A DNA stretch of 64,000 nt, taken from the IMG/VR virus record IMGVR_UViG_3300028025_000092, one strand, 5' to 3'. The notes beneath the pieces were generated by a model that worked only from the letters and a program-made list of their open reading frames with translations, was not told the DNA's origin and did no database searches. Below are positions 55,810-63,999 of this stretch, piece by piece (within the stretch, counting starts at the first letter, position 1; each line of letters starts with the position of its first letter). The stretch comes from a virus. Both the position numbers and the translations under genes were made by a program.

Positions 55810-58065
55810 ATGCAGAATCCATTATTTGAAAGTTTGATAAGAAAAGTTCAAACCTACGAAAATCCACAGATGTCAGAGCAAACAACACCTCCAAAAGGAA
55901 CAGTATTTTCTGATTTCGTTAAATCCCTTGCACAGATTGGTACAAAATTAGTTGACCAGTATATAGCAGCAATTAAGTCGTACCCTGATACAAAAATTAA
56001 AAAGGAATACGAAAAAGGACTTCCCGATAAATTGGCAGCTATTCTTGCTTCTGTAGATAAAACTAAAACTGTTGGTATTCAGGTAGATTCACTTTTTAAA
56101 GCAGTTAAAGCAGAAGCAACCGCTTTCTTTAAACTAGGAGAGGGTGACACTGAAGTTGTTAAATTTTTAAAGCCTTGGAGAGAATCATTTAGAGCTGGAT
56201 TTAATGCTTATCAACAAGCAGTAAATTCTGCAATGGAATATGTTAAAAAACAGGAAGATGCAAATACCGCAAAAATGTCAGATGCTGAATATGAAATGAT
56301 ATCAAAAGCAGTGAGTGCTTCTATTGACGGGTATAATAAATCAACAAAGGTAGAATCAACACTAAAGGATGATTGGGGAAGTAATGAAAGTTATTCATAT
56401 AAAAGTGCTTCTATGGAGATGAACGAGTCTAGTCCAGTATTAGATCAATTAATTTCAAATAAGATTTGTGTTGATTTTAACACATACAACAAGATAATTA
56501 ATGAAGCCAAAGAAGATAGAGTAGCAAGAAGAGCAGCAAAAGCATCCAGAATAAACGGAGAAAATTTAGGTGCTCAGATTGATGCTGTACTTTCTGTAAT
56601 TGGTTCAAGATTATCTGATCCAGCTAAAGCTAAGTTTAAATCATTAGCTATGAAAGATCAGTTTATGTCAATAGCTACCAACCTATCTCAAATTCAAACT
56701 GAATTGGCAATTGATGATAAAGAATTAAAGAATGTTAATTTTGGTGAGATTGATAAACAAATATCAAACTTAGAAACACTGTTTGCTGATAAGAAGAAAG
56801 CTTTCGATGAGGCGTATGCTGGCGAAGAGAAAAATTCAAGAAGCTTTAAGACTCTAGAGGTAGCAACACCAGAGGTAACTAAATTTCTTTCAGATGGGGA
56901 CGTTCAGTTTGGTCAACTTTCTATTCTTGCACAAAAAGCAGCTAATCTGGCAGCAGAAGAAGCTAAGAAGCCAAAACCTGCTACAGGCGGAACGGGCGGA
57001 ACAGGAGCAACTGGGGGAACGGGAGCTACAGGAGCAGCACCAGGAGTAATTAAACTTACCTCCTCACTTAAAAGAGGTGCTAAGGGGGATCAAGTTAAGG
57101 CAGTTCAGGAATTGATCATAAAAAAAATGGGTACTAAATTAAAAGATGTACCTCAGTATAAGAAGTTTGCTGGATATGGAGCAGATGGTAAATTTGGCGG
57201 ATCTACAGAGTCGTTAATACCAGCATTAAAATCAGGTCTTGGTCTAACCGACACATCATCAGAGATCACACAGGAGTTAGTTGATAAATTAGCAGCAGTT
57301 AAAGAATCTTTTGTTTTTGAGCAGGAGTTTAATATGGATGCTTTTAATAAAACAATCAGCGGTGGAGGTGGATCATCTTCAGCATCATCAGGATCTGGGG
57401 AAGGAAAAAAACCGGGTGCTTTTAATTGTATTAGAACTGCAGATAACACAACTAAAATCTCAGGGGGTAAAGCAATAATAGAAAGATCAAACAAAAACAA
57501 GCACACTTTTAATGCTGATGGAACTTATTCTTATTTCTCCGCAGGAAAAAACGAAACAATGAAAGGAACATGGAAATGTACCCCGGAGGGATTTGAGGCT
57601 TATACGGATTCCGATAAGGACACGTTCTACGGAAGACCTGGGGTAATGGATTGGAAAAGTAACATGGACAATGCCGAGAAAGCAAAAATGGATGCAGCAA
57701 CTAAGGCAGCTGCAGATCTTCAGGTTAAGGCAGGTGAGATATGTAAAAAGATTATAGTTAAGATGTCAGGAACAAAGGAAAGGGAAGAAGAAGCTGCTGC
57801 GATATTTAGAGATGAAGTGACAACGGTGGAAATGTTTAAAGCTGTTGAGACCTTTTGGAATAATAAATGGTGGCCTTCCCAAGTACAGTTACAAAGTAGT
57901 CCACTCTATTTTGAGAAAAAATCAGTGGACGAAATAACAAAGATTATGGACTATAAAGCTGGAAAGAAGGGATTTAGTTTGAGATATTTAATTGAATTTT
58001 TCTTCGATACTGACCAAATAGCCTTGCTAAATGGGTATCTTCCAGCAGGTGTGAAGAAGTTCTAA
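55810..58065 (+). CDS. Large putative internal/ejection protein with peptidoglycan-binding domain
   Basis: LKRGAKGDQVKAVQELI...GADGKFGGST; the same GGTGGTGATG linker as 47250-49829. Confidence 0.7.
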   Translation: MQNPLFESLIRKVQTYENPQMSEQTTPPKGTVFSDFVKSLAQIGTKLVDQYIAAIKSYPDTKIKKEYEKGLPDKLAAILASVDKTKTVGIQVDSLFKAVKAEATAFFKLGEGDTEVVKFLKPWRESFRAGFNAYQQAVNSAMEYVKKQEDANTAKMSDAEYEMISKAVSASIDGYNKSTKVESTLKDDWGSNESYSYKSASMEMNESSPVLDQLISNKICVDFNTYNKIINEAKEDRVARRAAKASRINGENLGAQIDAVLSVIGSRLSDPAKAKFKSLAMKDQFMSIATNLSQIQTELAIDDKELKNVNFGEIDKQISNLETLFADKKKAFDEAYAGEEKNSRSFKTLEVATPEVTKFLSDGDVQFGQLSILAQKAANLAAEEAKKPKPATGGTGGTGATGGTGATGAAPGVIKLTSSLKRGAKGDQVKAVQELIIKKMGTKLKDVPQYKKFAGYGADGKFGGSTESLIPALKSGLGLTDTSSEITQELVDKLAAVKESFVFEQEFNMDAFNKTISGGGGSSSASSGSGEGKKPGAFNCIRTADNTTKISGGKAIIERSNKNKHTFNADGTYSYFSAGKNETMKGTWKCTPEGFEAYTDSDKDTFYGRPGVMDWKSNMDNAEKAKMDAATKAAADLQVKAGEICKKIIVKMSGTKEREEEAAAIFRDEVTTVEMFKAVETFWNNKWWPSQVQLQSSPLYFEKKSVDEITKIMDYKAGKKGFSLRYLIEFFFDTDQIALLNGYLPAGVKKF

Positions 58066-58100
58066 TTCTGTACACATTTTAATAAATCCGAAATTTTTAG

Positions 58101-58108
58101 TACATTTG
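58101..58108 (+). promoter_or_regulatory. Bacteroidota-type -7 element TACATTTG
   Basis: 21 nt before ATG 58130. Confidence 0.6.
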
Positions 58109-58129
58109 GGGATATAAAATATAAATTTT

Positions 58130-58669
58130 ATGTCCCTTTTTGTTATAGAAGGAGCTAGAAAATCTGGTAAAACACATTTCGTTAGTTCCCAAAACTGGAT
58201 TCCAGTATTTAAATTTGATTTCAATGGTGTTTATACATCATTAAATCTACCCCCCACTGGTGATAAAACACATCACATAGGTTTAGGTAAGGAACTAATG
58301 GTTCAACAGCTAAATAGGGATGGGTTTCTACCAGACCTAATGATGGATCGGGGGGTATTAACAAATTCGGTTTGGGGCATTCTAAATAAAAGGGTAACTA
58401 AAAAATCGGTTTACAAAGAACTTGATTATATGTTAGGCAACGGTCTTTTTAAAAATACATTTTTTTTCCTCGTAACTGGTACGCATCCAGAGAAAAGAGA
58501 AAAAGATGTGTGGGATGATATGGATGAAAGGATACCAGAAGAAAGTGCTCTCTTTATTGAATTTACCCAGCATCTTATAGATGGTGGTGTAAATATACAA
58601 ATCATAGAAAATAAGTTTGACGCAGAATCCCTATCAAATTTTCAAACCATAATTAAGAATTTAAAATAA
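58130..58669 (+). CDS. P-loop nucleotide kinase (thymidylate/dNMP-kinase-like)
   Basis: VIEGARKSGKT Walker A, MMDRG motif. Confidence 0.7.
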   Translation: MSLFVIEGARKSGKTHFVSSQNWIPVFKFDFNGVYTSLNLPPTGDKTHHIGLGKELMVQQLNRDGFLPDLMMDRGVLTNSVWGILNKRVTKKSVYKELDYMLGNGLFKNTFFFLVTGTHPEKREKDVWDDMDERIPEESALFIEFTQHLIDGGVNIQIIENKFDAESLSNFQTIIKNLK

Positions 58670-60093
58670 TGTGCGGAATACTAATTGCCAATAATCCCTC
58701 CGAGGAAAGAATAAACTCCATTGCACACAGGGGTATAGAATACTCAACACATTCTGATGAATCTGGTTTAACCCTTGTACACCACAGATTGCCTATCCAG
58801 ACAGCAATTGGTGATAAGTGGATACAGCCTATAGAGGTATCAAAAGATCGATATCTTTTATTTAATGGGGAGATTTTTAATTATCCCCTTGGATTTAGCT
58901 CAGATACTGAGTATTTAGTGAGTCTTTTTTCAACCTTTGACTTTTCATCACTTGAGATGTTTAGCGCTATCTACGAGCCTTATATTAAGTCTTGGGATGG
59001 ATTCTGGGCTATCTGTCTGGTTGACATGTCAAAAAAAGATGTATTCTGCTTTACCGATCCTCTAGGAAAGAAATGCCTATATTATAATGAAATGGGAGAG
59101 ATATGCTCTGAGATGAAAGGATTGATTACGGGGAACTCTTTTATAGATAACGGTTTTATGGGAGGGGTAAGAAAATGGGGATACATTCCTAACGAATCTA
59201 CCCCGTTTACTGATATCAAAAAAATAAAACCAAACACCTTTTATAAGTGGAATTTCTCCTCCCCGTCTTTCAAACAGGAGTACGGTCCTTATTTCGCATT
59301 TAAACCATCCAAATTTGCATTTGAATCCGAAGACATATTATTGGATTGGGTATGGGAAAAAACTGAAGCAGCGACAAGAAATAGACTGTTAAGCTTAGAT
59401 TATCCTATATCTATTCTACTGTCCGGAGGATTAGACTCTTCTATCATAGGTGGACTCCTATTAAAACTGGGGGCTGATGTTAGCTGGTATACCATAAATA
59501 ATGGGCCAGATAATGATTATGTTAAAGAATGTGAGTCTTATTGGGGAATCAAGGTAAATCGATTGGATTATACCATGAATGAGGATTCAATGAATTTACC
59601 AGATCTTTATTTTAAGTGGAACGAAAGCCCGGTAGATCTGGGAAGTGTTATTCCACAGTACCTCCTATTTGATGCAATTAAAAAAGGGACTGATACACGT
59701 ATAGTATTATCGGGTGACGGGGCAGACGAAATGTTTGGAGGATATAGAAGAATTAACGAGTATGATTCACAGGCATCTGATGTTTTTCATGAATTAACTT
59801 ATTACCACCTTCCTAGACTCGATAAAATGAGTATGGCTCATACTTTAGAACTTAGAAATCCATTTTTAAATCTAGAACTTATGCAATTAGCTTTGGCTCT
59901 TCCGTTTGAAATGAGAAAGAATAAAACCATACTTAAGAAAGCATTTAAGGGTTTAGTTCCGGATTCGGTCATAGAAAGAAAAAAGCATCCTCTTAAGAAC
60001 GAAAAAATAGCAAAAGACCCTATGGAATATAGGATAGAATCTTTAAAATATTTCGAAGAAGGATTTAATCAATACAAGGAAGGTCTAAAATAG
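58669..60093 (+). CDS. asnB: Asparagine synthetase B-like glutamine amidotransferase
   Basis: MCGI Ntn cysteine, HRG, FNGEIFNY, LSGGLDSS, SGDGADEMFGGY, DKMSMAHTLELRNPFL; stop/start overlap (TAATG) with the kinase. Confidence 0.92.
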   Translation: MCGILIANNPSEERINSIAHRGIEYSTHSDESGLTLVHHRLPIQTAIGDKWIQPIEVSKDRYLLFNGEIFNYPLGFSSDTEYLVSLFSTFDFSSLEMFSAIYEPYIKSWDGFWAICLVDMSKKDVFCFTDPLGKKCLYYNEMGEICSEMKGLITGNSFIDNGFMGGVRKWGYIPNESTPFTDIKKIKPNTFYKWNFSSPSFKQEYGPYFAFKPSKFAFESEDILLDWVWEKTEAATRNRLLSLDYPISILLSGGLDSSIIGGLLLKLGADVSWYTINNGPDNDYVKECESYWGIKVNRLDYTMNEDSMNLPDLYFKWNESPVDLGSVIPQYLLFDAIKKGTDTRIVLSGDGADEMFGGYRRINEYDSQASDVFHELTYYHLPRLDKMSMAHTLELRNPFLNLELMQLALALPFEMRKNKTILKKAFKGLVPDSVIERKKHPLKNEKIAKDPMEYRIESLKYFEEGFNQYKEGLK

Positions 60094-61569
60094 ATAGATT
60101 CCACCTAGAGCATTTCCTTTTGATTTAAGCGGGGAGTAATCAGATGGCTCTTTCGTTAAGATAAACGTCTTGCTTGAGTCTACTACAAGACCTGCCATTT
60201 CCATTAAAGCTCTATTAATTAAAATCGGAGTACTTTTGTTTATTCTATCAACAAGAGAGAATTTAACTTTTTTATACACCATTTCTCCAAATTCTATATC
60301 TAGAAGAATAACTGGTCTTTTGTCGGTTTGATCCCCTACCTCTGCATAGGAGTATTCTATAATTCTGTTACTATAGCTTTTACCCCCTATTGTCCAGTTT
60401 AAAAATCCATCAGCTTCTTCTGAAAAATCAGCATGCAGAGAGCATGCTAAAGCTCCGTTTCCAGTGTCAAGTTTACCTACGAAATTTCCTATTCCTTTAA
60501 CCTCGAACATTTCTCTAAATCCTACCATTTTTCTCGGGTAGTTCCAGTTTTTCTTGTTTAAAATAAAATCTAGTATAATTCCCGTTACATCTAATCCAGT
60601 TGCCGTTTCTATACCATCAGTACCCGGTGAAGCATTAACTTCTAATACGTATGGTTGACCTGTATTTTTTTCTAATATAACATCAACCCCACACCATGAA
60701 CATTCTGTAGCTTTTGCAGCTTCTATCGCTATGTTTTCAATTTCTTCTGGTATTTCGACGGATTCTGCTTGACCGCCGAGAGAAACGTTTGTTCTAAAAT
60801 CATTCTCTATTCTATTTCTTCTCATAGAGGCTATGATTGTATAATTATCGCCGTTATATGAGTTTTTAGTTCCAACCACATGAATTCTTAAGTCGTAGTC
60901 TGCTTCTATTTTTTCTTGTAAAATTAGCTCAGTCTGTGGGGAAAGCTTCCATATTGTTTGTAGTGTGGAAAGCAAAGATGCTATGGAATCTACCTGGAAA
61001 ACACCTATTCCCTTTGTACCACTTAGTAATTTTACTACAATAGGAAATATTCCTCCGACTTTCTTTACTGCATTTTCTATATCCTCCTCAGATGATACTA
61101 AAGCTGTTTTTGGTGTTGATATCCCCTTCTCTTGTAGTTTTTGTACTGTATCAAGTTTATCCTCACAAAGAAGAACGGATTTTAAAGAATTAACGGAAAC
61201 GAACCCAAGGGATTCTAGTTTTTCAAAGAATTTAACTGCACCCGTAGAATTAATAGAAGATCTTCTAGCCAATACGACAGTATTTCTAACGTCTATTTCA
61301 TATTTATTTTGGCTTCCCTTGTTTCTGATAAAAAAACTACCAGTCTCTGTTCTTTCTATTTCACCATGCGAGGTATTAATTATAATACACTTAAATCCTA
61401 ATGAAGAGGATTTTTGCATCATTTTTTTAACCGTTGGAGCCAAAGAATTTTTTTTTGATTCTAACTCAGTTGTTAGAATAACCAGAGAGACCGGTTTCTT
61501 GCTTGGAGCAGGAACCTTGTTAGCCCCATGGAAAATAAAATCGTCCTCGTTTTCTGTTAAATAGTGCAT
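60085..61569 (-). CDS. rimK: RimK-family ATP-grasp ligase fused to RimB-like (retropepsin-fold 'ATP-dependent Zn protease') domain
   Basis: EDKL...TPKT, PIVVKLLSGTKGIGV, LQEKI..DLRIHV, FRTNVSLGG, GVDVI, LEVNASPG; C-terminal KLDTGNGA..SLHA, RPVI, FSLVDR, PILINR. Confidence 0.92.
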   Translation of the reverse strand: MHYLTENEDDFIFHGANKVPAPSKKPVSLVILTTELESKKNSLAPTVKKMMQKSSSLGFKCIIINTSHGEIERTETGSFFIRNKGSQNKYEIDVRNTVVLARRSSINSTGAVKFFEKLESLGFVSVNSLKSVLLCEDKLDTVQKLQEKGISTPKTALVSSEEDIENAVKKVGGIFPIVVKLLSGTKGIGVFQVDSIASLLSTLQTIWKLSPQTELILQEKIEADYDLRIHVVGTKNSYNGDNYTIIASMRRNRIENDFRTNVSLGGQAESVEIPEEIENIAIEAAKATECSWCGVDVILEKNTGQPYVLEVNASPGTDGIETATGLDVTGIILDFILNKKNWNYPRKMVGFREMFEVKGIGNFVGKLDTGNGALACSLHADFSEEADGFLNWTIGGKSYSNRIIEYSYAEVGDQTDKRPVILLDIEFGEMVYKKVKFSLVDRINKSTPILINRALMEMAGLVVDSSKTFILTKEPSDYSPLKSKGNALGGIYLF

Positions 61570-61586
61570 CTAAATCTTAATTGATC

Positions 61587-61594
61587 TATATATC
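61587..61594 (-). promoter_or_regulatory. Late promoter box GATATATA (minus strand)
   Basis: TATATATC on +, 17 nt before the rimK start. Confidence 0.7.
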
Positions 61595-61604
61595 CTTGGG
61601 AAAC

Positions 61605-61629
61605 AAAAAAGGGATCCTAAGATCCCTTT
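61605..61629 (-). terminator. Intrinsic terminator of the acidic-protein gene
   Basis: AAAAAAGGGATC-CTAA-GATCCCTTT; U-tract on the minus strand. Confidence 0.75.
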
Positions 61630-61649
61630 GTATTGCTATTATTTATTTA

Positions 61650-62192
61650 TTAGTTAAAAAATTGATTAAAAGAGGGATTTGCAATAGATTCTTGCTCTTC
61701 TTCTTCCATGTCTTCTTCCATGTTCTCTTCCATGTCCTCTTCCATGTTCTCTTCCATGTCTTCGTCTTCCTCTTCTGTTAATTCTTCACCATCAAACTCG
61801 TCTTCGTCTTCTTCATCTATGTTATACTCATCGGCGATTGATTGAAATTCATCTTCATCCATTTCGTAGATATTAGATTCTTCTTGTTCTTCTTCCTCGT
61901 TATCGGAGTCTTCGTCAAATTCCATATCATCAGATTCGGTGTCGTCGTCATCAGATTCTATGTCACCATCCTCAGATTCCATATCGAAAGATCCCTCTGA
62001 TCCTTCGGTTTCCTCATTTTCATCTTCAGTTTCATCATCAGATTCTATAGAGTCCGCACCACCATCAGAGTCCATTTCTGTGTCCATATCCATCTCATCA
62101 TCGGATTCAATTTCAGTGTTATTGTCTTGGTCAAGTGTTCCTTCAGTGTATTGTTTAGAAAACTCCTCAAAACTTAAGATCTTTTTTTCCAT
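61650..62192 (-). CDS. Hyper-acidic (Asp/Glu-rich) protein with capsid-targeting-like N-terminus
   Basis: MEKKILSFEEF...; roughly half the residues are D/E; MEE(N/D) 12-bp repeats; own late box and terminator. Confidence 0.8.
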   Translation of the reverse strand: MEKKILSFEEFSKQYTEGTLDQDNNTEIESDDEMDMDTEMDSDGGADSIESDDETEDENEETEGSEGSFDMESEDGDIESDDDDTESDDMEFDEDSDNEEEEQEESNIYEMDEDEFQSIADEYNIDEEDEDEFDGEELTEEEDEDMEENMEEDMEENMEEDMEEEEQESIANPSFNQFFN

Positions 62193-62210
62193 TTTTGAAT
62201 TATTTATATC

Positions 62211-62218
62211 TATATATC
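62211..62218 (-). promoter_or_regulatory. Late promoter box GATATATA (minus strand)
   Basis: 18 nt before start 62192. Confidence 0.7.
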
Positions 62219-62239
62219 TTTTTTCCGTGTATATCCTTA

Positions 62240-62494
62240 CTATTCGCCGGGTTCTCCCATAGAAGCAGCACTTCCTGATTCAACAGCACCATGCCCTGGA
62301 TAATCTATCTTAGATTGATGTTTAAATATTGCATCACCATATCCTACATACTCATAAGGCTTTTCCAGCTTTATTTCGTGGAAAGGAGATCTATCCTCTT
62401 TGCTCATATTTTTAGGATTCCACGGATCGCTTATAACTTTTAGAAATTCTTTGAATTCTAAAATCTCCCTCTTTTTAACGTCTTTCTGATGCAT
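62240..62494 (-). CDS. Small hypothetical protein (ILEFKEFL motif)
   Basis: 84 aa, co-oriented with its neighbours. Confidence 0.7.
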   Translation of the reverse strand: MHQKDVKKREILEFKEFLKVISDPWNPKNMSKEDRSPFHEIKLEKPYEYVGYGDAIFKHQSKIDYPGHGAVESGSAASMGEPGE

Positions 62495-62508
62495 ATCTTT
62501 TTTAATTT

Positions 62509-63201
62509 TTAGTTTAAGCCTAATAGACTCATTATTCCTCCGCCCATTCCAGTATCCCCAGTTTGAGCTTCCGGTTTAGCAGCTTTAGCTATATCTTTTT
62601 CAGAAAATTTACCACCTCCAAATATATCTTTGAATGATGTACCTTCCCCACATACTACTCCTTCTATCTTTTTATTTATCATCACTGAGAATTCAGTAGT
62701 ATTTAAATAGTTAGTCGCGGTTTCTCTAACCGTTGCTGCTGCCGTTCCTAGAATGCCGCTATTCATGTTAATATCCAGTCCTAATCCTCTAGCCAGTATA
62801 TCTATTGCTTTTTCTTCAAGGGTCTCTTTGAGTCCATCCGCTATTGCCTGAACCCAATATTTGCATGATCCTTCTCCAAAGTAATCTCCTATTTTTGTAA
62901 ATTGAATTTGTTCAACCACGTTCTTTGCAAATTCAGTAAAGAATTCATTATTATCTGGTAGACCCATTTTTTGAAGTAACCATCCTGCAGCATAGTTTTT
63001 CATTCTGTCGGTAAAACCGTCAGAAAGGGTTGAACCTAAGCTTTTTATAAGATCCCAAATTCCTTCATTAATTTCTTCTACAGTGTTTCCCTTAGACACC
63101 ATATCATTATAATGGGCTTCTAATCCCTCAACAAGTCTCACGTATTGTTCGTTGTTAATTGATTCGTCTAATTTGAACTGAGAATATTTGATAACTTTCA
63201 T
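62509..63201 (-). CDS. Putative internal head protein
   Basis: MKVIKYSQFKLDE N-terminus; INEGIWDLIK; late box. Confidence 0.75.
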   Translation of the reverse strand: MKVIKYSQFKLDESINNEQYVRLVEGLEAHYNDMVSKGNTVEEINEGIWDLIKSLGSTLSDGFTDRMKNYAAGWLLQKMGLPDNNEFFTEFAKNVVEQIQFTKIGDYFGEGSCKYWVQAIADGLKETLEEKAIDILARGLGLDINMNSGILGTAAATVRETATNYLNTTEFSVMINKKIEGVVCGEGTSFKDIFGGGKFSEKDIAKAAKPEAQTGDTGMGGGIMSLLGLN

Positions 63202-63218
63202 TCCTACATTCTTTTTAT

Positions 63219-63257
63219 TATATATCTCTCCCTAATAATAAAACCCCTAGATATATA
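63219..63257. promoter_or_regulatory. Divergent pair of late boxes (minus 63219-63226, plus 63250-63257)
   Basis: TATATATC and GATATATA back to back between divergent genes. Confidence 0.7.
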
Positions 63258-63278
63258 GACATAATTAAAACCCAAGCA

Positions 63279-63884
63279 TTGAAACACCTATTCTCTTATA
63301 AAGATCTATTCGAAAGTACCTCTGCAGGATCACAGGATAGGGGTACGGTGGATTTATCCACTTTTAAATTTGCGATCAATTATGATCCTAGGCTTGGTTA
63401 CACCAAAAAAGATTTCTCAATGGATCTTATTGAGATCTATAAGGGTATGTCAAAAAGGGAAAGATCTGAATTAATGGATGTGATTTTTAAATCAGGTGGG
63501 GTGTTTAGGATTTCAGAGATATCTGAACTTTCCCAAGAAATCGTAGATGAAATCATAAAAAATGTAGAAACCCTTCTGGACAGTAAATCTGTTTATAAAA
63601 TGCAGGTACTCCCTGATGGGTATATTCTTTGTTATGAGGGGTTAAAACATAAAGGAAGGATTTGTGATGTCTATTATTCCCCTTCGGATGAAAAAGTTAA
63701 AATATCATACACTGACACATATCCAGAAATGGAGACTGTTACGATTTCAGCGGAATCTTTTAATCCTTCCTCGGTAAACATCGAAACTGATGATTTCTTA
63801 TCAACAAAAAATAAATGCGATAATTTTATAGGAACAAACCAAATTATAGCATCGAAAGATAGTCCCGATAATTATTCACTATAA
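63279..63884 (+). CDS. Hypothetical protein with capsid-targeting-like N-terminus
   Basis: TTG start, MKHLFSYKDLFES. Confidence 0.7.
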   Translation: MKHLFSYKDLFESTSAGSQDRGTVDLSTFKFAINYDPRLGYTKKDFSMDLIEIYKGMSKRERSELMDVIFKSGGVFRISEISELSQEIVDEIIKNVETLLDSKSVYKMQVLPDGYILCYEGLKHKGRICDVYYSPSDEKVKISYTDTYPEMETVTISAESFNPSSVNIETDDFLSTKNKCDNFIGTNQIIASKDSPDNYSL

Positions 63885-63999
63885 ATTCTATAGATTTATC
63901 CTTAATTATATCAAAAGATATTTCTTCCTCCCCTTTATTTTTTTCTAGATCTACCATAATAAAACAATGGGAGTTTTTAGGGGATATGCTAATTTCTTT
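63844..63999 (-). CDS. 3' end of a minus-strand gene running off the window
   Basis: Open frame KEISISPKNSHCFIMVDLEK...YLSML* ending at TAA 63844-63846. Confidence 0.45.
   Translation of the reverse strand, partial: KEISISPKNSHCFIMVDLEKNKGEEEISFDIIKDKSIEFIVNNYRDYLSML

Noticed and set aside
60965-62262. Plus-strand ORFs 60965-61564 and 61939-62262
   Set aside because: Antisense shadows of rimK and the acidic gene; no promoter or motif support.
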